Origin: Nemertoderma westbladi
Lineage: Eukaryota; Animalia; Xenacoelomorpha
Direction: 5' to 3'
DNA: 64,000 nucleotides
Assembly (NCBI GenBank): GCA_032718475.1
Contig: JAUCBJ010002615.1
Coordinates: forward strand, 15,079-79,078
In this document: positions 55,627-64,000 of the stretch, in pieces
Layout: the number at the start of each line of letters is the position of its first letter
How positions within the stretch are numbered: the stretch's first letter is position 1
The notes under the pieces: model-generated
What the model saw: the letters and a program-made list of their open reading frames with translations, nothing else
Databases searched by the model: none
What the model was told of the DNA's origin: nothing
Program-made: the position numbers and the translations under genes

Positions 55627-57583
55627 TCCCTTACTGTCGTTAGGGGAGACAAGACGGGCAACGTAGTTGTTGTAGACAGGGAGCTGCTGGATTTAGAGAT
55701 GAGGAGAAATGTTGGCGATCGTGAGATGTTCGAGAAGTTGGAAGGTGATCCGACTTCGAAATATCGAGATGAACTATATCTGACGGTACAGAAGATGGCG
55801 TTAGAGGATAAAGAGTTGAGTTCATACCTGGTTCCGAAGAACCCAACTCAGGGTTATGTGTTCCCGTTAGTTAAAGATCACAAACCGGTTTCCGAGTGGA
55901 TAACTGGGGAGGGGGCTGGATGTTCCCAAAGGTGAGAGCTATCGTATTGTTGAGAGGCACCCTAGCGGAGAGGGCCGGGAAGTGGCTAAACTCGGTCCTT
56001 CAGCCTCTAATGCTGAGGATGTCCCATTACGTGCAGGATTCGCTGCCCGTTGTCCACGGCGACGTCATGTCCTTGGACGTCATGGATATGTACCCCTCCA
56101 TGGACCACGATGTTGCCATTTCCGCGATTGAGGCGGTGATCGAGGAGAATTTGGAGGACTCTGGGTTTACCTTGGGGCAGGTTATGCTTATATTAAAATT
56201 TGTGCTGACTCGTGCATATTTTGGTTTTGAAGGTGCTTTTTATGTCTTGATAAAGGGTTTAGGGATGGGAGGCCCCTCGGGGAAGGTTTTGGCAGTCCTA
56301 GTGATGGATCGTATCCACACCCACGTGGGGTTGGTTGCTAGGTTCAGCGCCATTTATTTCAAAACGTTTGTGGATGATGGTGAGGCTATTTGGGATGGGG
56401 AGTTGGAGGACTCTGTAAAGGAGGCGATCATCGAGCGTTACGGGGCAGCGTGCGAGGCCGTATATGGTAAGGGGGGATCTGTTTCACCTTCGAATTCTTG
56501 AACACCAGTTCAGTGTTTCTGGACCTGGAGTTGGTGTTGAAGCCGGGTCGGGGAATAGTGAGTTTGGTTTATTTCAAACCGCTTACTAAGAGGTTGCCCA
56601 TTCCCAGATCCAGTTTGCATGATCGGAGGGTTATGCAGGGTGTGGTGAGGGGCCAGCTGATACAATTCGCGAGGTTGACAAGGACAACCGGGGAGTTCGA
56701 GAGTGCGAGGGACCGTTATTTAACGGATTGCTGGGTGTCCGGGTATAGTGATGGGTTTTTGAATGAGGTCCGGAAGGGATGGTAAGTCAGAAGGGATGGT
56801 ACGGAAGGTCGGGTTGGGACCCGGAACGGTTATGGGACTCGCCCGGTGTCAAACCGGGGGGTGGCACCAAGTCGGAGAAGGACAGGATCTACTTCGGGGT
56901 AGACGGTAGGTTTGCGAAGGTCGTCAAGCTGGTCCCCCGGCGGTATCGGCGGGTGTTTGGAGAGAGTGGGATGGGAATTGCGTGCAATCTTTACACGGGT
57001 CGGAGTTTGGGTAATATGTTGGTTCAGAAGCAGCCGCCGGCTAAGGGGAGGGGAAATAGACGATGCGGGTCCCGGGCGGGGTGTAAAACCTGCAACGCCA
57101 TGTACGACATGGCCCGGACCCCATGGGGTGAAATGATCAACGGTTTTTTCACGTGTGTGTCCCACAGTGTACTTTATCTGTTGACCTGCACCAATCACCC
57201 GGTATTACTTGTGCCAGACGGAGCAAACCATTAGGGATAGGATGACGGGTCACCAATCAGCCATAGGTAGGTACGTGAAGGAAGTGCATCCTGATCAAAA
57301 GAACACGGGGGAGTATGTGCTGTTGGATCATTTTGCCCAGTGCGGGTTAGGGTGTCTCAGGGTCTCGGGGGTTAGGAGCTTCAGGTCGGACGAGGACCGG
57401 ATCCATGCCGAGGCGAACTATATTTTCAAGTTTAGGCCTCCATGGAACAGAATGGTTCGGTGGTTTAACGCGGTTGGGTCTTACGGTGAAACTTATGGTG
57501 TGGCTTGGCGCAATTGCCCTCTGGTTTACTTTCAGTTTGACCGTGGTATATTTTTTAATGTAGTTTTGTGTTTGGGCATGTTT

Positions 57584-58120
57584 TCTGCCATTAATACTGC
57601 TTTGTGCCATTTGTACTGTAAATAGTAGCACACGGCCCTGCCTAATCAAGTCTCGTATTGATTTTTATGATATTATGATTTTGTACGGATATTTCACATC
57701 CGTATGAATTTCGTACTGTAGTTGTGAGCTTGAGTAGGCAAGGGTCACTGCTATTAATACTTCTCTGTGCCACTTGTACTGTAGATAGCAGCGCACGGCC
57801 CTAATCACGTCTCGGTGCTGATTTGATTGATTAGTATTTTGTACTGTAGACAGTAGCGCACGGCCCTGTCTAACCACGTCGCGGTGCTGTATTGATTGAT
57901 TAGTATTGTAGATTTAGTCTTAGTTTCATTTGCCTGTGCCTTTTTACGCTACACGCTTTTGTACGGATATTTCACATACGTCAGGAATTTCGTACTGTAG
58001 TTGTGATCTCGCGTACGTAAGGCTCTCTGCCATTGATACTGCTCTGTGCCATTTGTACTGTAGATAGTAGCGCACAGCCCTGCCTAATCACGTCTCGGTG
58101 CTGTATTGATTGATTAGTTT
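57584..58120 (+). repeat. Modular imperfect repeats in the PLE 3' region
   Basis: Four copies of TTGTACTGTA(G/A)A(T/C)AG(T/C)AGC(G/A)CAC(G/A)GCCCT…AATCACGTCTCGG (~57610, 57775, 57839, 58053), plus two copies of TTTTGTACGGATATTTCACAT..GAATTTCGTACTGTAGTTGTGA (~57679, 57957). Confidence 0.8.
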
Positions 58121-58341
58121 TGTATTTGTTTCTATAATTAAGAGTGCAGTTGTCTATTTTGTCAGCTCTGCGGACCGTGGCTGGTGGCTGCACGGCTTTT
58201 CCAACCACATCACAACCGTAGGGCGAATGTTATTTGTACCGTAGATATACATCGTTAGTTTGTGAGTGATCGGCAGTCTAGTTCAAATGTGTTATTGTTT
58301 TTTGTTTGGTAGGCCTACCTGTAGTGCAGTAGTGTGTTTTT

Positions 58342-58378
58342 GTGCTGATGATGCCCCAAAGGGGAGAAATTAATCCAC
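58342..58378 (+). ncRNA. Minimal type I hammerhead ribozyme in the PLE terminal region
   Basis: GTG-CTGATGA-TGCCCC AAA GGGGA-GAA-ATTAAT-C-CAC has the CUGAUGA and GAAA core boxes, stem II CCCC/GGGG, a palindromic helix III (AUUAAU), an AUC cleavage site after 58375, and stem I GUG/CAC. Confidence 0.7.
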
Positions 58379-59515
58379 TGTTATAGATTATATTGAAGTG
58401 TTCGTTGGGCGATGAAACTCCTTGTCGTTTTAATAATTACCATGATTGTCAATTATCCCTTGGTGTGTTTACTGTATTTATTCTCATGTACCGGTAGCAT
58501 GAATGCCTTGGTTTGCCACACAGGTATGCTTTGGTTCAGGACTAGAATGGGCTTCTAATTTTGCTATATTTGATAATTTGGACCTTGTATAAACAACATG
58601 ACTCATAAACTGCAGGTATCTGGTATATATCTTTGAATTGTAGCCTATTCCATCCAAGCATGGTCAGATTTTACAAGCACATGCCTGGTGCTGGTACAAG
58701 ACTTTTCATAATTACCATGATCAAAATGTTGAGAGGGCTGTTCTCAAGCCAAGTTGGCTAGGAAAACATATCAGGAGATAGAGCAGGAGTTCTATATATA
58801 TTTATTAATGCTATTTATATGCTTTTACTTTTGTTACCTTTACTTTTGCAATTAAATTTTGCAATGTCATTTACTCTATGCAGCTATGCAATAATGTCCC
58901 ATATGCAATATACATGTTTAGTTTACAACCAGTTGGCCCCATAGGTTATCATTTTAACAGTGTCAATAGTTAGCCTAGTGTTTACTATAAACATTAAACA
59001 GGGCCTGTTGGCCAGTAGTATGAAATATTGAAGTTAAGTTTAGACATTTTTTTGTAATTTTTTTTGAATTTGAGTTTTTTAATTTTTATTTTTGTTCTAC
59101 TCCACCCCATAACCTGTAGTAAGTGGAAAATATGTATAATTATTGCCAAACTTGCTGCCTTTCACCCACAGCATATTTTTGCTGTCTTTTTCTATAGAAA
59201 TAACATATAAGTAATGTGCCCTGCTGTGATGGCTGAACATCTCAAAATCAGCCATATGACTGTATGGAGTATTATGTATTTGAGAAAATTTCAAAAAACC
59301 AACGATTTTGTTTCACTTCACCTTCACCCCATACGACGGTACTTCAAACAGTCAAATGCGATAGTTTCATATTCAATAATATTAGCCGATTTATTTTGAA
59401 TCATAGCCCTTAATATTATTCATTATTATTAACAGTAAAACAGGAAATATAAAGTCTAAAATAAATAAAAATCAAGGACTGAAGGAAATTAAATAGAAAC
59501 CAAGATATTGTATAA

Positions 59516-59619
59516 TTTCCCTATAGGGAAAACTTTGATTTCCCTATAGGGAAATAAAAACTTCCCTATAGGGAAATAAAAACTTCCCTATAGGGAAATA
59601 AATAAGTTTCCCTATTGGG
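59516..59619. repeat. ~22-bp tandem repeat x5 built on the palindrome TTTCCCTATAGGGAAA
   Basis: Copies at 59516, 59539, 59561, 59583 and a degenerate one at 59607. Confidence 0.9.
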
Positions 59620-59791
59620 CTAATTTCCCAGACTGTATTGTCCAATATTGCGCGGGTGAAAAATTGTGCGCAGACGTTACAGCGTTATGCAGTTATGCGC
59701 GGTTCAGTGGTGGTTTGAAGCCAGCTGGCCAGGCACCAGGCTGCCAGGCAGCCTACCAATTTAAGAATAAAATTACGTAGGCCTATTACAG

Positions 59792-59950
59792 TATTACATG
59801 GGAAAAAAAACGTAGGGGCCTAAAACATTTTTTGTTTTCAATATTCTTTCGACCCTTTATTACAGTATTAACCTCGCTGACGCTCGGTAAATAAAATGCC
59901 TCGAGAATAGGCCTAATGAAAAAAAAGTTCTACTTTTTTCCCATGTAATA
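59792..59950. mobile_element. Small MITE
   Basis: Terminal inverted repeat TATTACATGGGAAAAAA / TTTTTTCCCATGTAATA; central GC-rich ACCTCGCTGACGCTCGGT. Confidence 0.65.
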
Positions 59951-60195
59951 AATAATTATTTTTACTAAATTTTTAAAAGCACGTATAGGCTAATAGGTGC
60001 TAAAACCTAAAACACTTCTGCACTTAGTTTAGAGTGAGTATGCATGCACGGTCAGACGGTTATACTGTACAGCTGTAAATCCAGTAATCTGAGTACAGGC
60101 ATGACAGGACAGCAGGCAGGAGTAGGGTAAAGCAGTCAGGCAGTAAACAGGTAAAGTCAGAAAGTAGTCAACCGTGCCGTGGATGACAGACTGAC

Positions 60196-60288
60196 CTCAC
60201 TCCGTATTTTAGCTTTTACTTCAGATAATACTCCCCGTCGTTCTAGCGTTTCCTTAAGCACCTCTTTCAATTCATCAACCGTTGCCAT
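60196..60288 (-). CDS. CEP20: FOPNL/FOR20 exon 1 (absent from the ORF track)
   Basis: ATG at 60288 reads MATVDELKEVLKETLERRGVLSEVKAKIRSE, matching the FOPNL N-terminus (MATVAELKAVLKDTLEKKGVL..LKARIRAE). A GTCAGT donor follows at 60195. It joins exon 2 in frame to give 137 aa. Confidence 0.93.
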
Positions 60289-60782
60289 TTCTTTAGGTAC
60301 CGGTACTACAGCTGTACAGTCTGACAGTACCGTACTACCGGTAGCGAGGTAGGCCTCTTAAAGTCAGACAGAAGCAATATGGCAATTACTGAATTAGGCT
60401 AATAGTTTGTGGTGCTAGCTGATCAATTCTGCAATTTACTTCTGTACCGGTAGGCCTACTTATAATTATATGTCAGTACTGCAGTATGCATCAATGCAAT
60501 AGGCCAAGGACTACTATATACTACATAGGCCTAGTACGTAGTATAGGCCTAGTAGTCCTATGGTGGCCCATGGCTGCCACTATAAAACTCTTGATAAAAT
60601 ATTTAAATAATAAATAAGTGGAAAAAATATCTTGAAAAAAAATAATTAAAATAAAATCTTAAAAAAAAATAAGTAAAATAAAATATCTTAAAAAAAATCT
60701 CAGTAAAAAATAGCTTGAAAAAAAAAGGTAAAAAAATACTCACGAAAAAATTTCCATAAAATATAAATACTGCTAAAGAAAA

Positions 60783-61043
60783 AAAAATACCCCACGTGGC
60801 CCAGGGCTGCCATCACCCCATAATCAGATAACAGTTGGCCCATGGCTGCCATTAAAAAAACAAATAGTAAAAAAAAATAAAATACCCTCCTCGTGGCCCA
60901 GGGCTGCCACTGCTCCCAGAATCAGTATAATAGTATTGGACCATGGCTGCCATTAAAAAAACTAATAGTAAAAAAAATAAAATACCCCCTCGTGGCCCAG
61001 GGCTGCCACTACCCCCAGGATCAGTAATATATGGACCATGGCT
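60783..61043. repeat. ~98-bp tandem repeat x~3 upstream of CEP20
   Basis: CGTGGCCCAGGGCTGCC at ~60795, 60892 and 60991 alternates with GG(C/A)CCATGGCT(GCC) at ~60837, 60938 and 61033; another copy lies at ~60565 before an A-rich tract. Confidence 0.8.
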
Positions 61044-62470
61044 CCCACACTACTGTGGGGCGAGCCACGAAGTGAGTGAGCCTTAGCGTAGGGGTACCAT
61101 TAATCAACCTGTCGTTCTGTCGCTTTTTTTTGCAGTGTTCAATTTTAAAGCCAATCCTCGATGAAATATATCCAAACTTGGTACACATGTTGTTTGGCAA
61201 AAAGTTTAGAAATTTTCCAAGTTGAATTTCCGTGTGGCCTTCGAGAAGCTAAGATAATAGCAGTTAATTCAGTTGATTGCGGTAAAAACACCATTTTCAA
61301 CCTGCCTTTTAAAGGAAATTAATTATTTTTAGTATGTATAAGATTTAAATAATTATACTTAAAAGTTACTGTATATAGCTGTAATCCCCATACCCCATTA
61401 CATTGCTGTTTTTATTTAGTTCACGTGATTTTCTTTAATAAATGTGTATTTAATTGATCTAAACGTAAATAAAACTTCACAATTATTGAGTACAAATTTA
61501 AATCCTGCCCATTTAATATAGTCTCTGCGGGGGTGTAGAGCTGCTAGCTGCTGGGATTTTTTACTGTAGCTTAACCAGAGGGGAATTGTAATAGGCAGCA
61601 GTGTTGCTATTCCAGCCCAGACAGCGTTCTTTAAAGTCTACCATCCTGCCTGTATTTAGGAGCCCCCTCGACAGGCGGGATACTTACTGTAAAAATCTGC
61701 GGGATACTTACTGTAAAAATCTCAGGATATATAACACTGACTGACTGATAATTATCAAGGTTCAGGCACTTCCTGCCCGGCGATTTTGTTGAAATTTTAA
61801 AAGTAAATTGCTTTGGTGGTTCATAATCGCGTTACAAAATATCAGATCGATTCTATGTGTGGTATTCGATATATTTCGTTTTTTGAAATTATTTTGTCGC
61901 GAAATTAAAAGCAATGGTAAAGTAACAACTCTTCCCTGAGCTGCTGCAGCAGCTAGCTGTGTAGGAATGGTTGAGTGCAGGGCTGCCTGAGATAGAATTC
62001 CATCAATGCAGAATTTCTTGACTACACCCCTCCTGCTGCTGGCTGAGTCTACACATCCTTTATCAGCTCTCAGGGATAGACAGAAAATAGTTGAGTTGTC
62101 AATAAACAAATAAAATATACCACTGCAGTAGGATTATATTATTATTCCACGAATCATTGGGCTGATTATTTTGTATAGGATATATGTAGAAAGTTCTTAA
62201 AAATAATATTCTTATTTTTATTATTACATAGGATTAGCATCATTTTTTAGCTGAAGCATTAATAGTGTAAATTAATTTAATTATATTTTAATACCATTAC
62301 TACATTGACATACTGTAAGATAAATTTTAACATTTCTTACAAATAGTGGTGCGAGCATAAAACTCAAATCACGCAAATTTAAAAGAACCGGGTGTGTTGT
62401 CATAGCAAAGTTTCATTTTTTATTTTGTGGGACGAGCCACAAAGTCAGCTAGCCCCACGCCTTATAGTTT
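61040..62470. mobile_element. Putative Helentron-associated non-autonomous element (DINE-1/CvA-like architecture)
   Basis: 5' hairpin GGCTCCCAC…GTGGGGCGAGCC, then short CTGTCG repeats, then a distal inverted copy GTGGGACGAGCC at ~62428, ending TATAGTTT. Confidence 0.4.
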
Positions 62471-62907
62471 AGACAATTGTTTAGTTTACTTACTGCTGAC
62501 CGACAAGGTTTTTTTTGTAATAGTCTTGTAATACTGTAGGATTCTTCACCCGGGCTCTTTCCAGCCAGCTTGCTGGCTTTCTAGTCCCAATTCCTATTGA
62601 ATCTGTATACTATAAATGTTGCGTGTGTCTGTGCCTGTGCCGCTATAAATGTTGTATTGCTATCTCAGGTAAATGACAAAAGATATAATAACATGAATGC
62701 ATCCATGGCATGGCTGTTGTAGGCTTATATCTGAAATAGTTTATTCCACAATATATTTGTCTGAATATTTTTTAATTTAATTTCTGCAAAGTAGTAAAAT
62801 TAATGTTCTTAAAAATAATATTATTATTTTATATGTAACCTAGGAAATTAGCTACATTTTTTCGCTGCAGCTTTAAGAGTGTACATTGATTTAATATTAT
62901 TTCAATA

Positions 62908-63300
62908 TCCATATATATATCCATATATATCCATTCTTTATTACGGTGGCCCACAACGGACACAGTTAATAAAGAAATAACCTCAATTCGCGGCATGTTT
63001 AGTTTTGCCGTGAAATTTCGCGGCACGTTTAGTTTATGCCGTGAAATTTCGCGGCAGGTATAGTTTATGCCGTGAAATTTCACAGCACGTTTAGGTTATG
63101 CTGTGGAATTTCACAGAACATTTAGTTTATGCCGTGAGATTATATCTCTGAGCGGTGCATACATTTTTGAACAAAAGCTACAAGAATCGATAGAGGAAAA
63201 CTCTTAGGAAACCTCTACCTCTAACCTTTAGTAATCAAAATACACAACTGAAATCGAATGCCCAGAAAAATACAGCTGCAATGCAGCATGCCTATCCTAG
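62908..63300 (+). mobile_element. Putative non-autonomous Helitron
   Basis: A|TC start (TCCATATATATA…), an internal tandem array, a 3' palindrome GCTGCAATGCAGC and a CTAG|T end, with no TSD. The 5' boundary is uncertain. Confidence 0.55.
62985..63137. repeat. 31-bp minisatellite x5
   Basis: Unit GCCGTGAAATTTCGCGGCACGTTTAGTTTAT containing a near-perfect 18-bp palindrome. Confidence 0.88.
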
Positions 63301-63911
63301 TAGTAGTAGTTAGCTATCATATCATGGATATGTTGAAGCGTCAACACTTTGTCTTGACCCTCCAGTTTATTTTCCAGTTTTCGCCATTTCTGTCGGTAAC
63401 GCATGTTCAAACGTCTTATTATGCTCTTTAAAACTTCGGCGTGATCACCATGATGAGGCAGATTTACCGTCCTTAAGATGTCTAATGCGTTCGAGATGGC
63501 GTTCGCTAAGTTCAACAGCTCCAACGGCGTCGTAATCTTTCCGCCCTTACCGAAATCTTCCACTATCGACTGTGCCATCTTGGTTTTATTCCCGTAGATG
63601 TCGCTAAGTGATTTCATAGCTAGTTCAAACGCTCTTTCATTGCTGACGAAATTATCAGTAATGGCTCTCGATTCGCGATGGAGCATCTGTAGTAGATAGT
63701 TTAATTTCTCGTTGGGAGTAAAAGTGCTGTTGGTCAGTTGTTCGTCGACATAGGTTTTAAACGTCCTCCAATGTTTGTAGGTGCCCATAAACTTCTGGGG
63801 TTGTTGTGCCGGCAATCCCTGCCTAGCAGCAAACTTACCTATGTCTCTAAGGGTGGCGTCATTCCGGGTTAATAAGTTGTTTAGTAGTAGTGCTTCTTGG
63901 GAACTGGCACC
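63301..63911 (-). pseudogene. BEL/Pao retrotransposon gag fragment (DUF1759-like)
   Basis: ARQGLPAQQPQKFMGTYKHWRTF…EKLNYLLQML…AMKSLSDIYGN follows the Pao gag pattern (F.G....W..F…EKL.YL…L...YG). Truncated at the CTAG terminus at 63300. Confidence 0.75.
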
Positions 63912-64000
63912 AACTTATTTGTTTTCATTTCTTGTGGGACTCTTGTTGTTCGGTACATGTCTACTATGATGGGATAGATGAGCTTTAAACACTCAGGTAT

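Larger units (their letters stand above)
55630..58440 (+). mobile_element. Degenerate Penelope-like element (RT + Cys motif + GIY-YIG endonuclease; Neptune-like layout)
   Basis: GDKTGNVVVVD, PLVKDHKP, PKVRAIV, SLDVMDMYP, GLGMGGPSG, TFVDD, VFLDL, VYFKP, CGSRAGCKTC and FTCVSHSVLYLLTC...CQTEQTIRDRMTGH lie across frameshifted ORFs 55594-57625. The 3' region carries a hammerhead motif. Confidence 0.85.
52135..60195 (-). other. CEP20: 8,061-bp phase-0 intron of CEP20, filled with TE relics
   Basis: GT...AG boundaries join the two exons into a colinear FOPNL protein with no missing residues. Confidence 0.85.

Noticed and set aside
63981-63992. AGCTTTAAACAC, identical to the start of CEP20 exon 2 (52123-52134)
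   Set aside because: Only 12 bp, with no splice acceptor and no further similarity; likely chance.

Overview
Repeat-rich eukaryotic (probably marine invertebrate) genomic DNA; nothing here looks prokaryotic. Positions 1-7757 are a nest of LTR retrotransposons. A frameshifted Ty3/Gypsy-type element (1-3525, minus strand) abuts an older Mag-like Gypsy pol relic (3526-7757). That relic's integrase is split by a solo LTR (GGGTA target-site duplication, TSD) and by a TTAA-specific piggyBac-like MITE. Positions ~7758-51560 are one 28-bp satellite of about 1,560 units. It is polarised (homogeneous at the left, diverse at the right), has nested higher-order duplications, and carries a single 92-bp insertion with a 12-bp TSD. 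The hundreds of minus-strand ORFs in it are repeat artefacts. About 250 bp beyond the array ends a two-exon CEP20/FOPNL (FOR20) gene on the minus strand. Its 8-kb intron holds an RTE-like LINE fragment, a Penelope-like element with a minimal hammerhead ribozyme, and MITEs. The right end holds Helitron/Helentron-like elements and a BEL/Pao gag fragment. Palindromic TA-nnnn-TA octamers cluster at the CEP20 promoter and intron edges. All calls come from reading motifs by eye; no database search was run.
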